From Candidatus Cloacimonadota bacterium (GTDB lineage: Bacteria > Cloacimonadota > Cloacimonadia > Cloacimonadales > JAFGVF01): a stretch of 52,457 bases of DNA. The notes under the pieces were generated by a model. That model was not told where the DNA came from. It did not search any database and saw nothing but the letters and a program-made list of their open reading frames with translations. The stretch is taken from NCBI GenBank assembly GCA_016838885.1, contig JAEKNW010000215.1, forward strand, positions 1 through 52,457, written 5' to 3'. The position numbers and the translations under genes are program-made. Shown piece after piece: positions 27,678 through 37,200 of the stretch; positions within the stretch are counted from its first letter, which is position 1, and every line of letters begins with the position of its first letter.

Positions 27678-28028
27678 ATGAATAATACTAAAGAATTACC
27701 AATTATTCAAATGACTTATGATATAATTAAGTGGTTGATTCCAAATATTGATAAGTTACCTAGAACTCAAAAGTTTGTGTTGGGAGATAGAATAGAAATA
27801 GCATTTTTAGATTTTCTAAAATACATTTCTTTAGCTTCTAAAACGAAAGATAAATATGAGATTCTTACCATAGCAGATGCCAAGCTCATGGAAATAAAAT
27901 TGCTGTGTAGATTAATAGTAGATTTAAAATACATATCTATTAAGCAATTTGAGTATTTAAGTAAACAGTTATCTGAAATGGGAAAAATGTTAGGTGGTTG
28001 GATAAAATCAATTGAGTGCAGAAAATGA
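27678..28028 (+). CDS. avd: DGR accessory variability determinant Avd (four-helix bundle)
   Basis: ~116 aa, LPRTQKFVLGDRI and GKMLGGW motifs; lies between target and RT (track start TTG 27669). Confidence 0.9.
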   Translation: MNNTKELPIIQMTYDIIKWLIPNIDKLPRTQKFVLGDRIEIAFLDFLKYISLASKTKDKYEILTIADAKLMEIKLLCRLIVDLKYISIKQFEYLSKQLSEMGKMLGGWIKSIECRK

Positions 28029-29422
28029 AAACATTCAAAAATCTTTGGGAAAGCTTTGTAAGTTATGAAAATCTATTTATTGCTGCTATAAAAGCCTGTC
28101 AAAGGAAACGTTATAAACCAGCAGTCTTAGAGTTCAATAATAATCTTGGAGAAAATTTGCTGCAACTTCAAAAGGAATTACAGGATGGAGAATACATGCC
28201 TGGTAGTTACAAGTATTTCAAGATTACAGAACCAAAGGAAAGAGATGTTTATGCTGCACCATATAGAGATAGAATTGTTCATCACGCTTTGTTAAATGTG
28301 CTTGAACCAATCTGGGAAAAAAGATTTTATTATCATTCTTATGCCTGCAGAAAAGAAAAAGGAATGCATAGAGCAATCGATATTTGTCAAAAATACATAA
28401 GACAAAATAAATATATTCTCAAATGTGATATCAGAAAGTATTTTCAAAGCATTGATCATAAATTGTTGATGCATATAATCAAAAAAAGAATTGCTGATAA
28501 AAAACTCCTTGATTTGATATTCATGATTATAAATTTTTCTCCCCAAATGGACACACCCTATATTCTCTATTCAAATGATGATTTATTTACATATTTTGAA
28601 AGAAAAAAGGGTGTTCCTATTGGAAATCTAACCAGTCAATTTTTTGCAAATGTGTTTCTTAATGAATTAGATCACTGGGTTAAGCATAATAATAAAATTA
28701 AACATTATATAAGGTATATGGATGATTTCCTTTTATTTCATAATTCAAAAAGCTATTTAAGAAATGTAAGGCAACAAATGGAAGGTTTTCTTGACTCGAT
28801 GAGGTTAACTTTACATCCTCAAAAAACACAAATACTCCCTTCAAAAGATGGAGTGGCTTTTCTTGGGTTTCATATAAAATCAGATGTTAAAAGATTAAGA
28901 AAAGCTAATATTCAAAGATTTGTTAAAAGAATGAAAATTCAACAAAAATTATATTCTAATTACTCTATTGATTTAGCATATATAAAACAATCTATAAATG
29001 CTTGGATTGGACATGCCGGTCATGGCGATACATATAAATTGATCGCTAAACTGTTGTATAACTATCCATTGAAGAGGGGAAGAGATAGAAACTTAAATGA
29101 TGATTATAAGTACTTTGCGAATAGATCGAAAGATTTGCCAATCGAGTCTTGCGTGGCGGTAATTGGAACAACAACTCAAACAACGACAATTTACGCTCGT
29201 GGTACCGCAACAACAACACTCCGACAAACAGCAACAACAACATCGGTTTTCGATGTGCCAATACTTAAAAAAATATCTGACCAAGAGCTTTACGGAGCTT
29301 TTGGAGATTATGGAGTCCAGATCTATTCCAGCTGTAAAAGGCGAAAAGAAAAAAACACGAGGCAGTTAGTAGGTAACGAAAGCTGCCAAAGTCTTTTTAA
29401 TAGTAACACGTTAAAGGTTTAA
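28025..29422 (+). CDS. DGR reverse transcriptase, with C-terminal extension reading through the TR
   Basis: [39 protein letters not shown] (DGR-type SQ), YMDD; ATGA overlap with avd. Confidence 0.96.
   Translation: MKTFKNLWESFVSYENLFIAAIKACQRKRYKPAVLEFNNNLGENLLQLQKELQDGEYMPGSYKYFKITEPKERDVYAAPYRDRIVHHALLNVLEPIWEKRFYYHSYACRKEKGMHRAIDICQKYIRQNKYILKCDIRKYFQSIDHKLLMHIIKKRIADKKLLDLIFMIINFSPQMDTPYILYSNDDLFTYFERKKGVPIGNLTSQFFANVFLNELDHWVKHNNKIKHYIRYMDDFLLFHNSKSYLRNVRQQMEGFLDSMRLTLHPQKTQILPSKDGVAFLGFHIKSDVKRLRKANIQRFVKRMKIQQKLYSNYSIDLAYIKQSINAWIGHAGHGDTYKLIAKLLYNYPLKRGRDRNLNDDYKYFANRSKDLPIESCVAVIGTTTQTTTIYARGTATTTLRQTATTTSVFDVPILKKISDQELYGAFGDYGVQIYSSCKRRKEKNTRQLVGNESCQSLFNSNTLKV
29136..29260 (+). 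ncRNA. DGR template repeat (TR)
   Basis: AAC-rich invariant copy of the VR (15 AAY codons in the target frame, 42 adenines); diverges after TGTGCCA (IMH*). Confidence 0.95.
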
Positions 29423-29432
29423 AGGAGAGTAA

Positions 29433-32400
29433 ATGAAAAAACTAATATTAATATTAATTATTTTACTAGGGATAGCATATTTATCTGCTGAAAGAGAATC
29501 TGCTTATGCAATTTCAGAAGTTGTGAGGTTAAACACAATTATTCCCTATCATGATGAAAGTTCATTTTCCTTATCAAGCAAATATAGATTGACTTCTTTG
29601 TTAGGAACCGGGTCTTTTGCAGTTTCTGAAAATGTTATATTAGAAACAGGAGGACAAAATTATTCAAGCTTGAGAGTTGTGCCTGTTGCCATGGCCCCCA
29701 ATCCTAGTACTATCCAGATACCAGAGTCTGGTTATGGCTATGCCTGGTTTGCTTTAGAAGGATTAATAGAGGGGAATTGGCTCCCAATTCATTCAAACAA
29801 TATAATTGCTCAAGATTCACAGGGACGAAGTTATAATTGTCAATCAGGCTCAGTATTGTATGGGTTTTTAACAGCTCCTTGGCAGATGCAGAATATAGGG
29901 ACTTTCTGTATTAAGATCGATGCAAACTTGATAGGAGATATAGGTTCAACAGAGAATTTTACTATAACAAGTGTAGATGGAAACTTGCTTTCATCAAGTC
30001 AAACTGTTAATGTAGAAGTTGTACCAATCGAATTTGTAGCAGGTTGGGAATATCGGTTGTGGTCGAGTATTGGAGTAAGCGCTAATGCTGGAATAGGTCC
30101 ATTAAGTATGGCTTCAGTTGGGGTTGGAATAGGTGGAGGATTAGGTTCTAATCTTGAAATTAAGTATGACTCATCTACGGACACATGGAATGAATTTGTT
30201 ATTAAGAGAACAGATGATCTTTTTTTGGAGGCAAATGCCCACGTTGGTGCTCCCAAATTCGGGGGTATACACCAAGGGGTTAGTGCAGAAGTGGAAGCAG
30301 GGATTAAATTTCCTTACACACAATCTTATGAATTTGATATAAATGACCTAGAGGGAGTTGAATCTCTTTTTGCATTCTATCTTATGTATGAACCTGCTAT
30401 TATTTACGCCGGTAGTCTTGCCAATAAGCAAACTGCAGTTTCATTGCTATCATGGTTGGCAGAGGGGATTATTGAAAACTCAGATGAATATAATTTAGGT
30501 ATTTCAAGAGTTTATGACCAATCAGGAATAGATATGTTTGCTGGTGCTGGAATTGATCTTGGTTGGGGGAATGAGAACTATCCGGTAGAATTTGGAGCAT
30601 CAGCAAGTTTTGGAGCAGAAGCCCATATTGGAATGAACTGGAGAAAATTTGTAAATAACAGGAGGGAGAGTGAACTATACACTTATGGTAACCTATCACT
30701 TTCTGCTCATGCAGGTTCAACCGGGAAAATCTGTGGAGTAAACTCTTCAAAATTCAAACTTGGGAAGACTTACGGAGGTTCATTAGGTGGAGGCTTTAGG
30801 TTCACTTCAGGTTCAGATCATAATGGATATTTAGATAAATTAAAATTAGAAATGTTTTATAATTCCGATGTAGCAGAGCTTAACATTGCAGGTATGAATG
30901 GAGAGCAATCTCAGTATAGTTTCTATCTGGAAGCAGAGCAAACTGATTTGATAAACTTGATGAATAATGCAGCCGATTTACCCTCCGAAATCTATAATAT
31001 TGGAGAATCTGCTTTTACTGCAGCAGTGGATAATAACTCTTTTAGTTCTGATATTTCCAATATCTTAGAAACTATCTACGAAGAACAAAACGATGATTAT
31101 CCGGTTTCTATAGCTTATGGTGTAGATGGTATGAGTAAAAGTTCTTCTGAGTATGAAATTGAGCTGGCGATTCCATTAGCTTCACCTTTACATCTTAATT
31201 TTGGAACCGGACTTTCCTTTGGTGATTATTATAAATATAATCTATATAATGGATATTGGGTAAGAGGCATGCCATATTTACAATCTGAAGTAGTTAATCC
31301 TCCTACAAAAAATCAAACTTTTACAGGGGTAATGAATGAACTCTGGGATAGGGTTACTAGTGGTGATACATGGAGTCAATTACGGGGTATTATTTTACGT
31401 CAATTACTAAAAACTGCAATAGGTTGGATTCCGGGCTTAAGGGATCAAGAACAAGCAATTGAAATTAATACAAATGGGTCTGAACTAATTATTCAAGAAT
31501 TTTCTATACCTACAAGTATTGATAGTGCCTTTGTAAGGTATTGGACTTGGAATGAAGAACCTCCACAAAGAAATATGAGCTATAATCAAAGGCAATCATT
31601 AAGCAACTTTAACAGAGCATTAAGAAGTGTAAGAGAAGAAGCTGTGGGAATGAAATATGGTATTGGGGGATTTTATTCTCTTGAACCTCACAATGAAAGT
31701 TTTGCTGATACAACTAAAATCAGAATTAAATACTCTGATGCAGAAATTACAGGTCTTGATGAATCAACACTCTCTGTTTATTGGGAAGATGAAGTAGGAG
31801 GATGGCATTATTTACCTTCCATTGTTGATACTGATTTAAACTATGTTGAAGCTCGAATTACTGACTTTAAAACTTATACTTTAGCCCCTGCTTTACCTCA
31901 AGGACAATTTGGAATGATGTCTAACCCTGATTCCTTAGAAGCAAATGGAGCTACAACTGCTATGATTACTTCTGACTTGATTACTAATAATAATGGTAGT
32001 CTTGTTGAAGATGGTACCGAGTTTACTATTCAAATCACAAACTCAATAATTATTACACCAGATGCAAATCTTCAGAAAGAAGGACATCAATTAATGTCTT
32101 CTAATGGGATTTTACAATATGAAATTCAATCAGGACAAGTTGCTCATCCAATTGAGATTGTTGTGGCTTCTATTAATGGATTTGCTTACTCAACCTTAAC
32201 AATAAACCAGTATGATTATTCTGCTCCTCAAGCACCAATCAATTTATCTGGTATACCTCTTCATAAATCCATATTGCTGAATTGGGAAGAAGCATCAGAT
32301 ATTGATTTAGCTGGATATGTTATTTCCTATGACACAGATCAAAGTGGAGAACCATATAACGGAACTGCAAATGTTAATGGAATAAATAGTCCTATTACTT

Positions 32401-32756
32401 TAGGATGCATAGATAGTTATCGTCTTTCTGGGTTAACAAATGATCAAACATATTACATTACAGTTCAAGCTTTTGATGTAGCAGGAAATGTTAGTGATTT
32501 TTCAAATGAAATAGTCCTTTTACCACAACTAAATGAAGTAAAGGATTTATCGATTCAAGCAAGTGTTAACGGTACAGTCTTAAATTGGTCTCCAGTTATA
32601 GGAGCAAACTCCTATAAAATTTATCGTAGTTCTTCACCTATAGAAAACTCTTCCAGAATAGAGTTGATAAAACAAACAACAGCTACTCATTATACTGATA
32701 TACAAGCATTGAATTCTGATAAATACTTCTATGTTGTGGTGGTGGTAGCTTATTAA
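29433..32756 (+). CDS. Large secreted protein with Gly-rich beta-strand region, Ig-like (Big_1-like) and fibronectin type III domains
   Basis: AGGAG RBS, signal MKKLILILIILLGIAYLSA; PDSLEANG..VEDGTEFT Ig-like segment; APQAP..LNWE..DLAGY..LTNDQTYYITVQAFD Fn3; second Fn3-like C-terminus. Confidence 0.75.
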   Translation: MKKLILILIILLGIAYLSAERESAYAISEVVRLNTIIPYHDESSFSLSSKYRLTSLLGTGSFAVSENVILETGGQNYSSLRVVPVAMAPNPSTIQIPESGYGYAWFALEGLIEGNWLPIHSNNIIAQDSQGRSYNCQSGSVLYGFLTAPWQMQNIGTFCIKIDANLIGDIGSTENFTITSVDGNLLSSSQTVNVEVVPIEFVAGWEYRLWSSIGVSANAGIGPLSMASVGVGIGGGLGSNLEIKYDSSTDTWNEFVIKRTDDLFLEANAHVGAPKFGGIHQGVSAEVEAGIKFPYTQSYEFDINDLEGVESLFAFYLMYEPAIIYAGSLANKQTAVSLLSWLAEGIIENSDEYNLGISRVYDQSGIDMFAGAGIDLGWGNENYPVEFGASASFGAEAHIGMNWRKFVNNRRESELYTYGNLSLSAHAGSTGKICGVNSSKFKLGKTYGGSLGGGFRFTSGSDHNGYLDKLKLEMFYNSDVAELNIAGMNGEQSQYSFYLEAEQTDLINLMNNAADLPSEIYNIGESAFTAAVDNNSFSSDISNILETIYEEQNDDYPVSIAYGVDGMSKSSSEYEIELAIPLASPLHLNFGTGLSFGDYYKYNLYNGYWVRGMPYLQSEVVNPPTKNQTFTGVMNELWDRVTSGDTWSQLRGIILRQLLKTAIGWIPGLRDQEQAIEINTNGSELIIQEFSIPTSIDSAFVRYWTWNEEPPQRNMSYNQRQSLSNFNRALRSVREEAVGMKYGIGGFYSLEPHNESFADTTKIRIKYSDAEITGLDESTLSVYWEDEVGGWHYLPSIVDTDLNYVEARITDFKTYTLAPALPQGQFGMMSNPDSLEANGATTAMITSDLITNNNGSLVEDGTEFTIQITNSIIITPDANLQKEGHQLMSSNGILQYEIQSGQVAHPIEIVVASINGFAYSTLTINQYDYSAPQAPINLSGIPLHKSILLNWEEASDIDLAGYVISYDTDQSGEPYNGTANVNGINSPITLGCIDSYRLSGLTNDQTYYITVQAFDVAGNVSDFSNEIVLLPQLNEVKDLSIQASVNGTVLNWSPVIGANSYKIYRSSSPIENSSRIELIKQTTATHYTDIQALNSDKYFYVVVVVAY

Positions 32757-32771
32757 TTTTCTAGGAGATGA

Positions 32772-33264
32772 GGTATGGAGAGGAAGTGTTCTTTATGGAG
32801 TGGAAGCGTCCCGCTTCCACAACCAAGCTTTATCAAGCTTGGTTAAATCTGGCGGCAAGATGCCCCCAGTCCATATCCCCTCGCTTCAGCTAGCAGGAGA
32901 TTGACAGCTGGGTTAGATTCTGGCAACAAGTGGTATGGAGTGGAAGCGTCCCGCTTCCACAACCAAGCTTTTCAAAGCTTGGTGAAATCTGGCGACAAGA
33001 TGCCCTTATGGAGTGGAAGCGTCTCGCTTCCACAACCAAGCTTAATCAAGCTTGGTGAAATCTGGCGGCAAGATGCCCCCAGTCCATATCCGCTCACTTC
33101 AGCTAGCAGGAGATTGATAGCTGGGATACATTCTGGCGACAGGTGGTATGGAGTGGAAGCGTTACTGGGAGCCTCACTGGGAGCGCCTTCATCCCTGAAG
33201 GCAAAAAGAAGAATGCCAGCAAGATGCTGGCGCTCCCAGTGGCGCTCCCAGTGGTACTCCCTGT
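32772..33264. repeat. Palindromic REP-like repeat array, right flank of the DGR island
   Basis: Same unit as 25915-26380 in the same orientation (TGGAAGC at 32801, 32941, 33014, 33153), ending in GGCGCTCCCAGT 12-mers. Confidence 0.9.
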
Positions 33265-33355
33265 GGCGTTCTCAAAAAAACACCACCACAATTATCTTGA
33301 CATATAATTAAAACACTAAAAAGCTATATCATATCAAACTAAAAGGTAAATAAAT

Positions 33356-34540
33356 ATGTTAACAGATAGAAAGATTCTCTTAGTAGTTACAGGTGGAATA
33401 GCAGCTTATAAGGCTATCGATTTAGCCAGCAGATTGAAAAAATTAGGGGCTAAGGTAAGGACAATTTTAACCAAGAGTGCCTTAGAATTTGTGGGTGAGA
33501 TTAATTTTCGAGCTATAACAGGTGAGCCGACTTATACTGATCAGTTTGACTTAGCTGAACCTATAGCTCATATTACTTTAGCTGATTGGGCTGATATAAT
33601 GGTAATAGCCCCTGCAACGGCAAATATCATAGGAAAGATGGCAAATGGGATTGGAGATGACTTAGCTACTTCAACCATTTTGGCTTTTCATAAACCTATC
33701 TTAGTAATACCTGCCATGAATGTAAATATGTATAATAACAAAGCTGTGCAAGATAACATTGAGAGACTGCAAATTCGGGGAATAAACCTGATGATTCCGG
33801 AAAAAGGTATGCTAGCTTGTGGTTATGAGGGACGGGGTAAATATCCACCAAATGAGGAGATTATCCCGGCAATACTTACTTATCTGCAATATGAACAAAC
33901 TATAAGCAGTAAGTATCTGATAACTTTTGGTGCCTCCCAAGAAGATCTTGATCCCATGCGGTTTATTACCAACCACTCTTCCGGAAAGATGGGAATAGCT
34001 TTAGCACGAGCTGCTTATTTAAGGGGGGGAGATGTTGATGTTATTCATAGCAGAATAAGTGAGACCCTACCTTATTACTTAGAGCAAATTTCTAAAACTC
34101 TTTCGGCAGAAGAGATGTTTAGTCAAGTCAAAGAAGACTTTACTAAGGCTAATGTAATTATCATGTGTGCAGCAGTAGCAGATTATACTCCTAAGATTAA
34201 AGAGGAACAGAAGATAAAGAAAAAAGAAGAGTTAAGTCTTGAGTTAAAGAGAACACAAGATATTCTTCATTACTTAGGAGAGAATAAGAGAGAAGGTCAG
34301 ATATTAGTGGGATTTGCTGCTGAATCTGAGAACCTAGTCGAGAATGCCGAGGCAAAGCTAAAGAAGAAGAATCTCGATTTGATCATTGCAAATAACATTT
34401 CTGTATCCCAAAGCGAAAGAAGCCTGGCTTACTTAATCACGCGAGATAAAGTAGAAGAGTTTCAAGGGACTAAGTTTGATTTAGCTCATAAGATTATTGA
34501 CATAATAGAAGCAATAAAAAAAGATGTTAATAAATATTAA
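33356..34540 (+). CDS. coaBC: Phosphopantothenoylcysteine decarboxylase/ligase
   Basis: TGGIAAYKA, APATAN, PAMN, LACG..G.G, DPMRFITNHSSGKMG, AAVADY, VGFAAE. Confidence 0.95.
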   Translation: MLTDRKILLVVTGGIAAYKAIDLASRLKKLGAKVRTILTKSALEFVGEINFRAITGEPTYTDQFDLAEPIAHITLADWADIMVIAPATANIIGKMANGIGDDLATSTILAFHKPILVIPAMNVNMYNNKAVQDNIERLQIRGINLMIPEKGMLACGYEGRGKYPPNEEIIPAILTYLQYEQTISSKYLITFGASQEDLDPMRFITNHSSGKMGIALARAAYLRGGDVDVIHSRISETLPYYLEQISKTLSAEEMFSQVKEDFTKANVIIMCAAVADYTPKIKEEQKIKKKEELSLELKRTQDILHYLGENKREGQILVGFAAESENLVENAEAKLKKKNLDLIIANNISVSQSERSLAYLITRDKVEEFQGTKFDLAHKIIDIIEAIKKDVNKY

Positions 34541-34564
34541 TAAGATAAAAATAAGGGTATAACT

Positions 34565-35317
34565 ATGGGAAATAAAGCAATTATAATAACCGGTGCTAAT
34601 GGTGCTATTGCTTCTGTCTTAACAGAAGAATATCTCCAAGAGGGGTATTTTGTTTTTGCTTTAATAAACAAAAATAGATTTAGATTAACAGATCTTGAAG
34701 AAAAATATTCTCATAGTTTATTTACTCAAGCTTGTAATCTAGAAGATTATAAGGCCTTAGAAGAAGCCATAAAAGAGTTGGAAACCAAACACGGCAATGT
34801 CCCGGATAAGTTGATTCACACAGCCGCTCTTAGGAGTAGTGACTTCTTACCTCTGACAGAAACCGATCCTGTTAAATGGTCATCAATAATTAATAGTAAC
34901 ATTATGGCTACTTATAATTTACTTCATATCCTTATTCCATATTATCAGAAGAATAAGATGGGAAGAATTGTTCTGCTAGGATCAAATATCAGCAGAACAG
35001 GACTTAAAAATGGTTCTGCTTATGCTGTTTCCAAAGGGGCATTAGGTAATCTAGTAAGGACTGTTACCCTAGAGTATGGCAAAGATAATATATTAATCAA
35101 TGTCCTTTCTCCGGGACCTGTTCAAGCAGACCAGTCTCATTTCCCTGAAGCTTATCGTAAGTTTCGCGAAGAGTATTTTGCCAAGGAGTTGCGAGGCACT
35201 CCTTTACAGAAATTAGTTGAGCCTCTCGATATCTTCAATGCTTGCGACTTTCTGCTTTCTGATCAGAATCGCTTAATTAGTGGAGAAGAAATATTTATAA
35301 CAGGTGGAAAATTATAG
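34565..35317 (+). CDS. SDR family oxidoreductase
   Basis: ITGANGAIA Rossmann motif, YAVSK (YxxxK), INVLSPGPV, ISGEEIFITGG. Confidence 0.88.
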   Translation: MGNKAIIITGANGAIASVLTEEYLQEGYFVFALINKNRFRLTDLEEKYSHSLFTQACNLEDYKALEEAIKELETKHGNVPDKLIHTAALRSSDFLPLTETDPVKWSSIINSNIMATYNLLHILIPYYQKNKMGRIVLLGSNISRTGLKNGSAYAVSKGALGNLVRTVTLEYGKDNILINVLSPGPVQADQSHFPEAYRKFREEYFAKELRGTPLQKLVEPLDIFNACDFLLSDQNRLISGEEIFITGGKL

Positions 35318-35319
35318 TT

Positions 35320-36363
35320 ATGAAGGGTGAGATAGATTTGTTAAAAAAGAGTAGTTATCATTATGATTTACCTGAAGAGTTGATAGCTCAATATCCTTTG
35401 AGTAAGCGTAGTTCTTCCAGACTTTTAGTCTTAAATAAAGAAAAGGGGCAAGTTGAGCATAGCCACTTCACAAGTATTGTAGACTATTTACAGAAGGGAG
35501 ATGTTTTGGTAGTGAACTCTACTAAAGTTATTCCAGCCCGTTTGATAGGGACTAAAAAAACGGGTGCTAAGATTGAAGTATTTTTACTTAATCACGTAGT
35601 TAATGATACCTGGAGATGCTTGGTTAAGCCAGGCAGAAAATGTCCCGTAGGGACGATTATTAAAGTTAATGATAATTTCTCAGGGATTGTAATGGACATG
35701 GCGAGTGAGGGGAGTAGATTGGTTAAATTTAGCTATGAGGGTAACTTTTGGTCTGCCTTGAGTGAAGCCGGTCATATCCCACTACCTCCCTACATCAAAC
35801 GCGAAGCTGAAGAAGCAGATAGCTCAAACTACCAAACTATTTATGCTAAGATTAAAGGCTCTGTTGCTGCTCCAACAGCAGGATTGCACTTCACTGATGA
35901 GATTCTTAACAAAATCAGGAATAAAGGGGTGGAAATCACTGAAGTTCTTCTGCATGTTGGTTTAGGTACTTTTAGACCTGTTAAAGCTGAGAACATAGAA
36001 GATCATAAGATGCACTCAGAATATTGCAGTATCAGTAAAGAGAGTGCTGATCTAATAAATAAAGCTAAAGCAGAGGGAAGAAGAGTTATAGCTGTAGGTA
36101 CAACTTCAACAAGAACCTTAGAGAGTTTTGCCAAGAACAATAGAGTAGATAGTGGTGATTTGTGGACAAGTATTTTCATCTATCCGGGTAAAGAATTTCA
36201 AATTATTGATGCTATGATTACTAACTTTCACATGCCTGAATCTACCTTAATTATGATGATTTCAGCCTTTGCCGGTTATGAAAATATAATGAAAACTTAT
36301 CAAATAGCTGTTGAAGAGCGTTATAGATTCTTTAGTTATGGCGACGCTATGCTAATTATTTAG
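35320..36363 (+). CDS. queA: tRNA preQ1 S-adenosylmethionine ribosyltransferase-isomerase
   Basis: LPEELIAQYP, PLPPYI, SVAAPTAGLHFT, LHVGLGTF, AVGTT, TNFH, YRFFSYGDAMLI. Confidence 0.97.
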   Translation: MKGEIDLLKKSSYHYDLPEELIAQYPLSKRSSSRLLVLNKEKGQVEHSHFTSIVDYLQKGDVLVVNSTKVIPARLIGTKKTGAKIEVFLLNHVVNDTWRCLVKPGRKCPVGTIIKVNDNFSGIVMDMASEGSRLVKFSYEGNFWSALSEAGHIPLPPYIKREAEEADSSNYQTIYAKIKGSVAAPTAGLHFTDEILNKIRNKGVEITEVLLHVGLGTFRPVKAENIEDHKMHSEYCSISKESADLINKAKAEGRRVIAVGTTSTRTLESFAKNNRVDSGDLWTSIFIYPGKEFQIIDAMITNFHMPESTLIMMISAFAGYENIMKTYQIAVEERYRFFSYGDAMLII

Positions 36364-36371
36364 GAGAAAAA

Positions 36372-37118
36372 TTGATTATTGATGAACACCCCTTGTTTGA
36401 TGAAATAATTCATAAGAATAAAATAAACAGCACCTCTAATCATGCTCTATCATTAATAAAAGAGAATTTGATTAAAGGTAATTTCTTAGTCATAGCTGAT
36501 GAACAGTCTGCCGGATCAGGTAGAAAAAAGAGTTTATGGCATTCTCCCCTAGGAGGACTATGGTTCAGTTTGGGACTCTATAATGTGGTTCAAGATAGTT
36601 CAATAACCCTTTTTATGGCAGTGCTTATTCACCAGACAATTATTGAAATCTATCCTTCCCTGCAAAGTGATTTAAAAATAAAATGGCCTAATGATATCAT
36701 GTTAGATCACAGAAAAGTGTGTGGGATTCTAACCTCATACCACTCTTGGGCTAAATATTTAATATGTGGTATTGGGATTGATACCAATATCTCCAAAATG
36801 CCTTTGGAACTTTCAAATATAGCAGTTTCTCTCAAAAACTATCTAAATATTGAAGTAAATAACTCCTTTCTCCTTAAAGCATTCCTTGATAAATTATACC
36901 AACAATTACCAGTTTTTTTAGAACATGGATTTGCTGAATACCAATACTATTTTAATCAATTTGATTATTTAAAAAATAGGATAGTAACCCTTGATACAGA
37001 GTTCCAGGTCTTCAAAGGGAAAGTTCTCAAAATCAACAAGAGCGGTGCTTTAATAATGGAGCTGGATGAGAATCTAATTCAACCTTTTTACTCAGGAAGT
37101 ATTGTAGAAATTGACTAG
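36372..37118 (+). CDS. birA: Biotin--[acetyl-CoA carboxylase] ligase (no HTH)
   Basis: STS, ADEQSAGSGR..W.SP, IKWPND, KVCGIL, GIGID. Confidence 0.9.
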   Translation: MIIDEHPLFDEIIHKNKINSTSNHALSLIKENLIKGNFLVIADEQSAGSGRKKSLWHSPLGGLWFSLGLYNVVQDSSITLFMAVLIHQTIIEIYPSLQSDLKIKWPNDIMLDHRKVCGILTSYHSWAKYLICGIGIDTNISKMPLELSNIAVSLKNYLNIEVNNSFLLKAFLDKLYQQLPVFLEHGFAEYQYYFNQFDYLKNRIVTLDTEFQVFKGKVLKINKSGALIMELDENLIQPFYSGSIVEID

Positions 37119-37200
37119 AAAGAAAAAAAATAAAGAAAAGTATTGACTTATAAGTGAATTTAAATTTTTTTTAAAAAAAGAATATTATCGTGGAGGATAT

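Larger units (their letters stand above)
25915..33264. mobile_element. Putative accessory island (DGR + large secreted protein) bracketed by repeat arrays
   Basis: Homologous arrays at both ends; 25915-25950 and 33229-33264 are 34/36 inverted repeats; lies between housekeeping genes; no transposase/integrase or clear TSD. Confidence 0.4.

Noticed and set aside
28025-29422. Group II intron or retron reverse transcriptase
   Set aside because: No maturase/endonuclease domain or intron structure seen; IGNLTSQ motif, avd and an A-specific TR/VR pair identify a DGR
29433-32756. Second DGR target
   Set aside because: I found no TR-homologous sequence or RVLRGG/GFRC motif in this gene or elsewhere in the window by eye
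25900-33300. Prophage context for the DGR
   Set aside because: No integrase, structural, terminase or lysis genes; flanks are housekeeping genes and the target has a Sec signal peptide
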